Source: the human T2T-CHM13v2.0 reference genome, Homo sapiens. From it: a stretch of DNA of 64,000 nt. Both the position numbers and the translations under genes were made by a program. The stretch is taken from assembly GCF_009914755.1 (NCBI RefSeq), contig NC_060948.1; one strand, given 5' to 3'. The notes beneath the pieces are model-generated. The model did not search any database and was not told the origin of the DNA. It saw only the letters and a list, made by a program, of their open reading frames with translations. The first letter of the stretch is position 1. Each line of letters opens with the position of its first letter. Below, piece after piece: positions 43,351 through 57,429 of this stretch.

Positions 43351-46300
43351 GAAAGTGTTGAGATAGAATGGAATGGACTCCTTTGGAATGGTCTAGTATG
43401 CAATGCAATCGACTGGCAGGGAATCAAAAGGAATGTAATCGAATGGATTGGACTGGAATGCAATGGACTCGAATAGATTGGAAACGGGATGCAAAGGAAT
43501 GGAATGGAATAGTATGGAATGGAATGGAAAGGAATGGAGTGGAATAGACTAGAGTGGAATGGAATGGACTGGAAAGCAATGGACTGGAATGGAACTTTCT
43601 TGAATGGACTGGAATCAAACGGAATGGAATGCAATGCAATCAAATGGCATGGAATAAAATAGAATGAAAGAGAATCAAATGGAATTGAATCGAATGGAAT
43701 CGAATGGATTGGAAAGGAATAGAATGGAATGGAATGGAATGGACTCAAATGGAATGGACTAGAATGGAATGGATTCGAATGGAAGGCAAAGGAATGGAAT
43801 CTATTGGAATGGACTGTAATGGAATGGAATGGAAGGGATTGGAATGGACTCGAATGGAATGGACTGCAATAGAAAGGATTCGAATGGAATGAAAAAGAAT
43901 TGAATGGAATAGAACAGAATGGAATGAAATCGAATGAAATGGAATGGAATAGAAAGGAATGGAATGAAATGGAATGGAAAGGATTCGAATGGAATGCAAT
44001 CGAATGGAATGGAATCGAACGGAATGGAATAAAATGGAAGAAAACTGGCAAGAAATGGAATCGAAATGAATGGAGTGTTATGGAACGGACTCAAAAGGAA
44101 TTGAATGTAATAGAATGGAGTGGAGTGGACTCGAATATAATGGACTGGAATGGAATGAAATCACATGGAATGGGAACGAATGGAATGGAATGGAAAGGAA
44201 TGGAATCGAATGGAAAGGAATCGAATGGAAGGGAATGAAATTGAATCAACAGGAATGGAAGGGAATAGAATAGACGGTAATGGAATGGACTCGAATAGAA
44301 TGGACACGAATGCTCAAATTGAATGGACTCGAATGGAATGGAAACGAAAGGAATGTCGTCGAATGGAATTGAATCGATTGGAATGAAATCGCATAGAATG
44401 GAGTGGAATCAAATGGAATTGAATCGAAAGGAAAGGAAGCGAATGGTCTGAAATGAAATGGAATGGAATTGAATGGAAAGTAATGCAAGGGAATAGAATG
44501 GAACGAAATTTCACGGAATGGAATCAAACTGAATGGAATCAAATCAATGGAATATAATCAAATGGCATGGAAAGGAATTGAATGGAGTAGATTGGATTGG
44601 ATGGGATTGGAATGAAATGTACTGGAAAGGACTCGAATTTCATGAAATGGAATGGAATGAACTGGAACGGAATGGACTCGAATGGAATGGAATGTCATGG
44701 AATGGCATCAAATGGAATGGCATCAAATGGAATGGAATCGAATGCAATGGAATGGAATGGAATGCATTGGAATGGAATGTCCCCTAATGGAATGGATTCG
44801 AGTGGAATGGAATCGAATATAATGGAGTCGAATGAAATGGAATTGAAAGGAAAGGGATCGAATACAATGGAATATACTGGAATGTAATGTAATGAACTCG
44901 AATGTAATTGACTAGAATGGAATGTACATGAATGGAATGTAATCGAATGGAAAATAATCTCATGGAATAGAATCTAATGCAATAAAATCGACTCAAATAG
45001 AATAGAATGGAATGGAGTGGAGTGCAGTGCAATGGAATGGAATGGAATGGAATGCAATGGAATGGAATGGAATGGGATGGAATGGTATGGGATGGATAGA
45101 AATGGACTGGAGTGAAATGGACTGGAAAGTAATGGACTCAAATTGAAAGAGCTCGAAAGAATGGAGTCAAATGGAATGGTCTGGAATGGAATGAACACGA
45201 ATGTAATGCAATCCAATAGAATGGAATCGAATGGCATGGAATATAAAGAAATGGAATCGAAGAGAATGGAAACGAATGGAATGGAATTGAATGGAATGGA
45301 ATTGAATGGAATGGGAACGAATGGAGTGAAATTGTATGCAGTAGAAGAGAATAGAATGGAATGCAAGCGAAATTAAAGGAATGGATTGGAATGGAATGGA
45401 ATTCATTGGAATGGAAGGTAATGTATTGCAATGGACAGGCCTTTAATAAAGTGGAATGCTACGGTCTCGAATGGAATAAAAATGTATGGAATGGAATTCA
45501 ATGAAACGGAATCGAATGTCATAGAATGTAATGGAATGCAAAAAAATGGAATCCAAAATCATTGACTGGAAAGGCTGGGTGTCGAAAGGAATTGACTCCA
45601 ATGGAATGAAATCGAATGGAATGGAAGTGAATAGAATCGAAGTAAATCGAATGGAATGGAATTGTTAGGAACGGAATGGAAAGGAGTGCAATGATTTGGC
45701 ATGGAATGGAATCGAATGGCATTGAATGGAGTGGAATGGAATGCAATGGAATGGAATGTATTAGAATGTAATGAACATTAATGGAATGTACTCGAATGGA
45801 TTCGACTGGAATGGAATGTTCTGGAAGTGAATGGACTCCAATGGAATGGATTCGAAAGGAATGGAATCTAATGGAATGGAATTAAATGGAAACGAATCAA
45901 ATTGAATAGCACGGAATTGAATTGAATGGAATCGAATGCAATGGAATCTAATGAAATGGAAAGGAAAGGAATGGAATGGAATGGAATGGGCTGGAGTTGA
46001 ATGGAATCGATACGAATGGAATGGAATAGAACTGAAGAGACTGGAATGGAATTCACTGGAATGGAAGGGAGTGTAATGGAAGGATCTCGAAAAAAATGGA
46101 ATCGAATGGAATGGAATTGAATGGAACGGAATAGAGTCGAATGGAATTCAATGGAATTGAATGGACTAGAGTGAAATGGAATCGAACCACAAGGAATGGA
46201 CAGGAATAGAATGGTCTCGAATTGAATGGAATCGTATGGAATGACATCAAACGGAATGGAATGGACAGCCACGGAATGGAATGCACTCGAATGCAATGGA

Positions 46301-46847
46301 GTCGAAACTAATGGACTGGAATAGAATGGACTCGACTGGTACGGACTCCAATGGAATGGAATCGAAAGGAAGGGAATCGAACGGAATGGACTCGAAGGGA
46401 AAAGACTGCAATGGAAAGGTCTCGAATGGAATGGAAATTAATGGAATGGAATGGAATCGAATGAAATGGAGTCAAAAGGAATGGAATCGAATGGCAAGAA
46501 ATCGAATGTAATGGAATCGCAAGGAATTGATGTGAACGGAACGGAATGGAATGGAATCCAAAGGAATGGAATAGAATGGAATGGAATCGAATGGAAAGGA
46601 CTCGAATGGAAATCACTCGAATAGAATGCAATTTAATAAAATAGGATCAAAAGAATGGAATGGAATGGAAAGGAATCGAAACGAAAGGAATGGAGACAGA
46701 TGGAATGGAATGGAACAGAGAGCAATGGTATAGAATGGAATGGAATCATCTGGAATGGAATTGAATGGAATGGAATAACATGAAATGGAATGGAATGGAA
46801 TGGAATGCCCTTGAATTAAATGGACTGGAATGGAATGGACTCGAACA

Positions 46848-49800
46848 GAGTGTAATGGAAAGTGTTGAAATAGAATGGAATGGACTCCTTTGGAATGGTC
46901 TAGTATGCAATGCAATCGACTGGCAGGGAATCAAAAGGAATGTAATCGAATGGATTGGACTGGAATGCAATGGACTCGAATAGATTGGAAACGGAATGCA
47001 AAGGAATGGAATGGAATAGTATGGAATGGAATGGAAAGGAATGGAGTGGAATAGACTAGAGTGGAATGGAATGGACTGGAAAGCAATGGACTGGAATGGA
47101 ACTTTCTTGAATGGACTGGAATCAAACGGAATGGAATGCAATGCAATCAAATGGCATGGAATCAAATGGAATGAAAGGGAATCAAATGGAATTGAATCGA
47201 ATGGAATCGAATGGATTGGAAAGGAATAGAATGGAATGGAATGGAATTGACTCAAATGGAATGTACTAGAATGGAATGGATTCGAATGGAAGGCAAAGGA
47301 ATGGAATCTATTGGAATGGACTGTAATGGAATGGAATGGAAGGGATTGGAATGGACTCGAATGGAATGGACTGCAATAGAAAGGATTCGAATGGAATGAA
47401 AAAGAATTGAATGGAATAGAACAGAATGGAATCAAATCGAATGAAATGGAGTGGAATAGAAAGGAATGGAATGAAATGGAATGGAAAGGATTCGAATGGA
47501 ATGCAATCGAATGGAATGGAATCGAACGGAATGGAATAAAGTGGAAGAAAACTGGCAAGAAATGGAATCGAAATGAATGGAGTGTTATGGAACGGACTCA
47601 AAAGGAATTGAATGTAATAGAATGGAGTGGAGTGGACTCGAATATAATGGACTGGAATGGAATGAAATCACATGGAATGGGAACGAATGGAATGGAATGG
47701 AAAGGAATGGAATCGAATGGAAAGGAATCGAATGGAAGGGAATGAAATTGAATCAACAGGAATGGAAGGGAATAGAATAGACGGTAATGGAATGGACTCG
47801 AATAGAATGGACACGAATGCTCAAATTGAATGGACTCGAATGGAATGGAAACGAAAGGAATGTCATCGAATGGAATTGAATCGATTGGAATGAAATCGCA
47901 TAGAATGGAGTGGAATCAAATGGAATTGAATCGAAAGGAAAGGAAGCGAATGGACTGAAATGAAATGGAATGGAATTGAATGGAAAGTAATGCAATGGAA
48001 TAGAATGGAACGAAATTTCACGGAATGGAATCAAACTGAATGGAATCAAATCAATGGAATCTAATCAAGTGGAAAGGAAAGGAATTGAATGGAGTAGATT
48101 GGATTGGATGGGATTGGAATGAAATGTACTGGAAAGGACTCGAGTTTCATGAAACGGAATGGAATGAATTGGAACGGAATGGACTCGAATGGAATGGAAT
48201 GTCATGGAATGGCATCAAATGGAATGGCATCAAATGGAATGGAATCGAATGCAATGGAATGCTATGGAATGGAATTGAATGCATTGGAATGGAATGTCCT
48301 CTAATGGAATAGATTCGAGTGGAATGGAATCGAATATAATGGAGTCGAATGAAATGGAATTGAAAGGAATGGGATCGAATACAATGGAATATACTGGAAT
48401 GTAATGTAATGAACTCGAATGTAATTGACTGGAATGGAATGTACATGAATGGAATGTAATCGAATGGAAAGTAATCCAATGGAATAGAATCTAATGCAAT
48501 AAAACCGACTCAGATAGAGTAGAATGTAATGGAATTGAGTGCAGTGCAATGGAATGGAATGGAATGGAATGCAATGGAATGGAATGGAATGGAAAGGAAT
48601 GGAATGGAATGGGATGGAATGGTATGGAATGGATAGTAATGGACTGGAGTGAAATGGACTGGAAATGAATGGACTCAAATTGAAAGGGCTCGAAAGGAAT
48701 GGAGTCAAAAGGAATGGTCTGGAATGGAATGAACACGAATGTAATGCAATCCAATAGAATGGAATCGAATGGCATGGAATATAAAGAAATGGAATCGAAG
48801 AGAATGGAAACAAATGGAATGGAATTGAATGGAATGGAATTGAATGGAATGGGAACGAATGGAGTGAAATTGTATGCAGTAGAAGAGAATAGAATGGAAT
48901 GCAAGCGAAAGGAAAGGAATGGATTGGAATGGAATGGAATTCATTGGAATGGAAGGGAATGTAGTGTAATGGACAGGCCTGGAATAAAGTGGAATGCTAC
49001 GGTCTCCAATGGAATAAAAATGTATGGAATGGAATGCAATGAAACGGAATCGAATGTCATAGAATATAATGGAATGCAAAAAAATGGAATCCAAAATCAT
49101 TGACTGGAAAGGCTGGGTGTCGAAAGGAATTGACTCCAATGGAATGGAATCGAATGGAATGGAAGTGAATAGAATGGAACTAAATCGAATGGAATGGAAT
49201 TGATAGGAACGGAATGGAAAGGAATGCAATGATTTGGCATGGAATGGAATCGAATGGCATCGAATGGAATGGAATGGAATGCAATGGAATGGAATGTATT
49301 AGAATGTAATGAACTTTAATGGAATGTACTCGAATGGATTCGACTGGAATGGAATGTTCTGGAAGTGAATGGACTCCAATGGAATGGATTCAAAAGGAAT
49401 GGAGTCGTACGGAATGGAATCTAATGGAATGGAATTAAATGGAAATGAATCAAATTGAATAGAACGGAATTGAATTGAATGGAATCGAATGCAATGGAAT
49501 CTAATGAAACGGAAAGGAAAGGAATGGAATGGAATGGAATGGGCTGGAATGGAAAGGAATCGAAACGAATGGAATGGAATCGAACTGAAGAGACTGGAAT
49601 GGAATGCACTGGAATGGAAGGGAGTGTAATGGAAGGTTCTCGAAAAAAATGGAATCGAATGGAATGGAATTGAGTGGAACGGAATAGAGTCGAATGGAAT
49701 TGAATGGAATGGAATGGACTAGAGTGAAATGGAATCGAACCACAAGGAATGGACAGGAATAGAATGGTCTCGAATTGAATGGAATCGTATGGAATGGCAT

Positions 49801-52800
49801 CAAACGGAATGGAATGGACAGCCACGGAATGGAATGCACTCGAATGCAATGGAGTCGAAACTAATGGACTGGAATAGAATGGACTCGACTGGTACGGACT
49901 CCAATGGAATGGAATCGAATGGAAGGGAATCGAACGGAATGGACTCGAAGGGAAAAGACTGCAATGGAAAGGTCTCGAATGGAATGGAAATTAATGGAAT
50001 GGAACGGAATCGAATGAAATGGAGTCAAAAGGAATGGAATCGAATGGCAAGAAATCGAATGCAATGGAATCGCAAGGAATTGATGTGAACGGAACGGAAT
50101 GGAATGGAATCCAAAGGAATGGAATAGAATGGAATGGAATCGAATGGAAAGGACTCGAATGGAAATCACTCGAACAGAATGCAATTTAATAAAATAGGAT
50201 CAAATGTAATGGAATGGAATGGAAAGGAATCGAAACGAAAGGAATGGAGACAGATGGAATGGAATGGAACAGAGAGCAAAGGTATAGAATGGAATGGAAT
50301 CATCTGGAATGGAATTGAATGGAATGGAATAATATGAAATGGAATGGAATGGAATGGAATGCCCTTGAATTAAATGGACTGGAATGGAATGGACTCAAAC
50401 AGAGTGTAATGGAAAGTGTTGAAATAGAATGGAATGGACTCCTTTGGAATGGTCTAGTATGCAATGCAATCGACTGGCAGGGAATCAAAAGGAATGTAAT
50501 CGAATGGATTGGACTGGAATGCAATGGACTCGAATAGATTGGAAACGGAATGCAAAGGAATGGAATGGAATAGTATGGAATGGAATGGAAAGGAATGGAG
50601 TGGAATAGACTAGAGTGGAATGGAATGGACTGGAAAGCAATGGACTGGAATGGAACTTTCTTGAATGGACTGGAATCAAACGGAATGGAATGCAATGCAA
50701 TCAAATGGCATGGAATCAAATGGAATGAAAGGGAATCAAATGGAATTGAATCGAATGGAATCGAATGGATTGGAAAGGAATAGAATGGAATGGAATGGAA
50801 TTGACTCAAATGGAATGTACTAGAATGGAATGGATTCGAATGGAAGGCAAAGGAATGGAATCTATTGGAATGGACTGTAATGGAATGGAATGGAAGGGAT
50901 TGGAATGGACTCGAATGGAATGGACTGCAATAGAAAGGATTCGAATGGAATGAAAAAGAATTGAATGGAATAGAACAGAATGGAATCAAATCGAATGAAA
51001 TGGAGTGGAATAGAAAGGAATGGAATGAAATGGAATGGAAAGGATTCGAATGGAATGCAATCGAATGGAATGGAATCGAACGGAATGGAATAAAGTGGAA
51101 GAAAACTGGCAAGAAATGGAATCGAAATGAATGGAGTGTTATGGAACGGACTCAAAAGGAATTGAATGTAATAGAATGGAGTGGAGTGGACTCGAATATA
51201 ATGGACTGGAATGGAATGAAATCACATGGAATGGGAACGAATGGAATGGAATGGAAAGGAATGGAATCGAATGGAAAGGAATCGAATGGAAGGGAATGAA
51301 ATTGAATCAACAGGAATGGAAGGGAATAGAATAGACGGTAATGGAATGGACTCGAATAGAATGGACACGAATGCTCAAATTGAATGGACTCGAATGGAAT
51401 GGAAACGAAAGGAATGTCATCGAATGGAATTGAATCGATTGGAATGAAATCGCATAGAATGGAGTGGAATCAAATGGAATTGAATCGAAAGGAAAGGAAG
51501 CGAATGGACTGAAATGAAATGGAATGGAATTGAATGGAAAGTAATGCAATGGAATAGAATGGAACGAAATTTCACGGAATGGAATCAAACTGAATGGAAT
51601 CAAATCAATGGAATCTAATCAAGTGGAAAGGAAAGGAATTGAATGGAGTAGATTGGATTGGATGGGATTGGAATGAAATGTACTGGAAAGGACTCGAGTT
51701 TCATGAAACGGAATGGAATGAATTGGAACGGAATGGACTCGAATGGAATGGAATGTCATGGAATGGCATCAAATGGAATGGCATCAAATGGAATGGAATC
51801 GAATGCAATGGAATGCTATGGAATGGAATTGAATGCATTGGAATGGAATGTCCTCTAATGGAATAGATTCGAGTGGAATGGAATCGAATATAATGGAGTC
51901 GAATGAAATGGAATTGAAAGGAATGGGATCGAATACAATGGAATATACTGGAATGTAATGTAATGAACTCGAATGTAATTGACTGGAATGGAATGTACAT
52001 GAATGGAATGTAATCGAATGGAAAGTAATCCAATGGAATAGAATCTAATGCAATAAAACCGACTCAGATAGAGTAGAATGTAATGGAATTGAGTGCAGTG
52101 CAATGGAATGGAATGGAATGGAATGCAATGGAATGGAATGGAATGGAAAGGAATGGAATGGAATGGGATGGAATGGTATGGAATGGATAGTAATGGACTG
52201 GAGTGAAATGGACTGGAAATGAATGGACTCAAATTGAAAGGGCTCGAAAGGAATGGAGTCAAAAGGAATGGTCTGGAATGGAATGAACACGAATGTAATG
52301 CAATCCAATAGAATGGAATCGAATGGCATGGAATATAAAGAAATGGAATCGAAGAGAATGGAAACAAATGGAATGGAATTGAATGGAATGGAATTGAATG
52401 GAATGGGAACGAATGGAGTGAAATTGTATGCAGTAGAAGAGAATAGAATGGAATGCAAGCGAAAGGAAAGGAATGGATTGGAATGGAATGGAATTCATTG
52501 GAATGGAAGGGAATGTAGTGTAATGGACAGGCCTGGAATAAAGTGGAATGCTACGGTCTCCAATGGAATAAAAATGTATGGAATGGAATGCAATGAAACG
52601 GAATCGAATGTCATAGAATATAATGGAATGCAAAAAAATGGAATCCAAAATCATTGACTGGAAAGGCTGGGTGTCGAAAGGAATTGACTCCAATGGAATG
52701 GAATCGAATGGAATGGAAGTGAATAGAATGGAACTAAATCGAATGGAATGGAATTGATAGGAACGGAATGGAAAGGAATGCAATGATTTGGCATGGAATG

Positions 52801-53955
52801 GAATCGAATGGCATCGAATGGAATGGAATGGAATGCAATGGAATGGAATGTATTAGAATGTAATGAACTTTAATGGAATGTACTCGAATGGATTCGACTG
52901 GAATGGAATGTTCTGGAAGTGAATGGACTCCAATGGAATGGATTCAAAAGGAATGGAGTCGTACGGAATGGAATCTAATGGAATGGAATTAAATGGAAAT
53001 GAATCAAATTGAATAGAACGGAATTGAATTGAATGGAATGGAATGCAATGGAATCTAATGAAACGGAAAGGAAAGGAATGGAATGGAATGGAATGGGCTG
53101 GAATGGAAAGGAATCGAAACGAATGGAATGGAATCGAACTGAAGAGACTGGAATGGAATGCACTGGAATGGAAGGGAGTGTAATGGAAGGTTCTCGAAAA
53201 AAATGGAATCGAATGGAATGGAATTGAGTGGAACGGAATAGAGTCGAATGGAATTGAATGGAATGGAATGGACTAGAGTGAAATGGAATCGAACCACAAG
53301 GAATGGACAGGAATAGAATGGTCTCGAATTGAATGGAATCGTATGGAATGGCATCAAACGGAATGGAATGGACAGCCACGGAATGGAATGCACTCGAATG
53401 CAATGGAGTCGAAACTAATGGACTGGAATAGAATGGACTCGACTGGTACGGACTCCAATGGAATGGAATCGAATGGAAGGGAATCGAACGGAATGGACTC
53501 GAAGGGAAAAGACTGCAATGGAAAGGTCTCGAATGGAATGGAAATTAATGGAATGGAACGGAATCGAATGAAATGGAGTCAAAAGGAATGGAATCGAATG
53601 GCAAGAAATCGAATGCAATGGAATCGCAAGGAATTGATGTGAACGGAACGGAATGGAATGGAATCCAAAGGAATGGAATAGAATGGAATGGAATCGAATG
53701 GAAAGGACTCGAATGGAAATCACTCGAACAGAATGCAATTTAATAAAATAGGATCAAATGTAATGGAATGGAATGGAAAGGAATCGAAACGAAAGGAATG
53801 GAGACAGATGGAATGGAATGGAACAGAGAGCAAAGGTATAGAATGGAATGGAATCATCTGGAATGGAATTGAATGGAATGGAATAATATGAAATGGAATG
53901 GAATGGAATGGAATGCCCTTGAATTAAATGGACTGGAATGGAATGGACTCAAACA
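46848..53955 (+). repeat. Near-identical tandem duplication, 2 x 3554 bp
   Basis: Paired private variants: GAGTGTAAT (46853/50407), XhoI CTCGAG (48139/51693), GGAATCAAATGGAATGAAAGGG, GAATATAATGGAATGC, GAGCAAAGGT, CTCAAACAG (50397/53951). Confidence 0.9.
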
Positions 53956-56900
53956 GAGTGGAATGGAAAGTGTGGATATAGAATGGAATGAACTCCTTTG
54001 GAATGGTCTAGTAGACAATGCAATCGACTGGCAGGGAATCAAAAGGAATGTAATCGAATGGATTGGACTGGAATGCAATGGACTCGAATAGATTGGAAAC
54101 GGAATGCAAAGGAATGGAATGGAATAGTATGGAATGGTATGGAAAGGAATGGAGTGGAATAGAATAGAGTGGAATGGAATGGACTGGAAAGCAATGGACT
54201 GGAATGGAACATTCTTGAATGGACTGGAATCAAACGGAATGGAATGCAATGCAATCAAATGGCATGGAATAAAATAGAATGAAAGAGAATCAAATGGAAT
54301 TGAATCGAATGGAATCGAATGGATTGGAAAGGAATAGAATGGAATGGAATGGAATTGACTCAAATGGAATGGACTAGAATGGAATGGATTCGAATGGAAG
54401 GCAAAGGAATGGAATCTATTGGAATGGACTGTAATGGAATGGAATGGAAGGGATTGGAATGGACTCGAATGGAATGGACTGCAATAGAAAGGATTCGAAT
54501 GGAATGAAAAAGAATTGAATGGAATAGAACAGAATGGAATCAAATCGAATGAAATGGAATGGAATAGAAAGGAATGGAATGAAATGGAATGGAAAGGATT
54601 CGAATGGAATGCAATCGAATGGAATGGAATCGAACGGAATGGAATAAAATGGAAGAAAACTGGCAAGAAATGGAATCGAAATGAATGGAGTGTTATGGAA
54701 CGGACTCAAAAGGAATTGAATGTAATAGAATGGAGTGGAGTGGACTCGAATATAATGGACTGGAATGGAATGAAATCACATGGAATGGGAACGAATGGAA
54801 TGGAATGGAAAGGAATGGAATCGAATGCAAAGGAATCGAATGGAAGGGAATGCAATTGAATCAACAGGAATGGAAGGGAATAGAATAGACGGTAATGGAA
54901 TGGACTCGAATAGAATGGACACGAATGCTCAAATTGAATGGACTCGAATGGAATGGAAACGAAAGGAATGTCATCGAATGGAATTGAATCGATTGGAATG
55001 AAATCGCATAGAATGGAGTGGAATCAAATGGAATTGAATCGAAAGGAAAGGAAGCCAATGGACTGAAATGAAATGGAATGGAATGGAATGGAAAGTAATG
55101 CAATGGAATAGAATGGAACGAAATTTCACGGAATGGAATGAAACTGAATGGAATCAAATCAATGGAATCTAATCAAGTGGAATGGAAAGGAATTGAATGG
55201 AGTAGATTGGATTGGATGGGATTGGAATGAAATGTACTGGAAAAGACTCGAATTTCATGAAACGGAATGGAATGAATTGGAACGGAATGGACTCGAATGG
55301 AATGGAATGTCATGGAATGGCATCAAATGGAATGGCATCAAATGGAATGGAATCGAATGCAATGGAATGCTATGGAATGGAATGGAATGCATTGGAATGG
55401 AATGTCCTCTAATGGAATGGATTCGAGTGGAATGGAATCGAATATAATGGAGTCGATTGAAATGGAATTGAAAGGAATGGGATCGAATACAATGGAATAT
55501 ACTGGAATGTAATGTAATGAACTTGAATGTAATTGACTGGAATGTAATGTACATGAATGGAATGTAATCGAATGGAAAGTAATCCAATGGAATAGAATCT
55601 AATGCAATAAAATCGACTCAGATAGAGTAGAATGTAATGGAATGGAGTGCAGTGCAATGGAATGGAATGGAATGGAATGCAATGGAATGGAATGGAATGG
55701 AATGGAATGGAATGGTGTGGAATGGATAGTAATGGACTGGAGTGAAATGGACTGGAAATGAATGGACTCAAATTGAAAGGGCTCGAAAGGAATGGAGTCA
55801 AATGGAATGGTCTGGAATGGAATGAACACGAATGTAATGCAATCCAATAGAATGGAATCGAATGGCATGGAATATAAAGAAATGGAATCGAAGAGAATGG
55901 AAACAAATGGAATGGAATTGAATGGAATGGAATTGAATGGAATGGGAACGAATGGAGTGAAATTGTATGCAGTAGAAGAGAATAGAATGGAATGCAAGCG
56001 AAAGGAAAGGAATGGATTGGAATGGAATGGAATTCATTGGAATGGAAGGGAATGTAGTGTAATGGACAGGCCTGTAATAAAGTGGAATGCTACGGTCTCG
56101 AATGGAATAAAAATGTATGGAATGGAATGCAATGAAACGGAATCGAATGTCATAGAATGTAATGGAATGCAAAAAAATGGAATCCAAAATCATTGACTGG
56201 AAAGGCTGGATGTCGAAAGGAATTGACTCCAATGGAATGGAATCGAATGGAATGGAAGTGAATAGAATCGAACTAAATCGAATGGAATGGAATTGATAGG
56301 AACGGAATGGAAAGGAATGCAATGATTTGGCATGGAATGGAAACGAATGGTATCTAATGGAATGGAATGTAATGTAATGGAATGGAATGTATTAGAATGT
56401 AATGAACTTTAATGGAATGTACTCGAATGGATTCGACTGGAATGGAATGTTCTGGAAGTGAATGGACTCCAATGGAATGGATTCAAACGGAATGGAATCG
56501 TACGGAATGGAATCTAATGGAATGGAATTAAATGGAAATGAATCAAATTGAATAGCACGGAATTGAATTGAATGGAATGGAATGCAATGGAATCTAATGA
56601 AACGGAAAGGAAAGGAATGGAATGGAATGGAATGGGCTGGAATGGAAAGGAATCGAAACGAATGGAATGGAATCGAACTGAAGAGACTGGAATGGAATGC
56701 ACTGGAATGGAAGGGAGTGTAATGGAAGGTTCTCGAAAAAAATGGAATCGAATGGAATGGAATTGAATGGAACGGAATAGAGTCGAATGGAATTGAATGG
56801 AATGGAATGGACTAGAGTGAAATGGAATCGAACCACAAGGAATGGACAGGAATAGAATGGTCTCGAATTGAATGGAATCGTATGGAATGGCATCAAACGG

Positions 56901-57429
56901 AATGGAATGGACAGCCACGGAATGGAATGCACTCGAATGCAATGGAGTCGAAACTAATGGACTGGAATAGAATGGACTCGACTGGTACGGACTCCAATGG
57001 AATGGAATCGAATGGAAGGGAATCGAACGGAATGGACTCGAAGGGAAAAAACTGCAATGGAAAGGTCTCGAATGGAATGGAAATTAATGGAATGGAATGG
57101 AATCGAATGAAATGGAGTCAAAAGGAATGGAATCGAATGGCAAGAAATCGAATGTAATGGAATCGCAAGGAATTGATGTGAACGGAACGGAATGGAATGG
57201 AATCCAAAGGAATGGAATAGAATGGAATGGAATCGAATGGAAAGGACTCGAATGGAAATCACTCGAATAGAATGCAATTTAATAAAATAGGGTCAAATGT
57301 AATGGAATGGAATGGAAAGGAATCGAAACGAAAGGAATGGAGACAGATGGAATGGAATGGAACAGAGAGCAATGGTATAGAATGGAATGGAATCATCTGG
57401 AATGGAATTGAATGGAATGGAATAATATG

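Noticed and set aside
48056-48067. GAATCTAATCA in right-hand subfamily units resembles the DUX4 motif TAATCTAATCA
   Set aside because: It mismatches at a core position and is easily generated by pentamer variants. There is no supporting evidence in the sequence.
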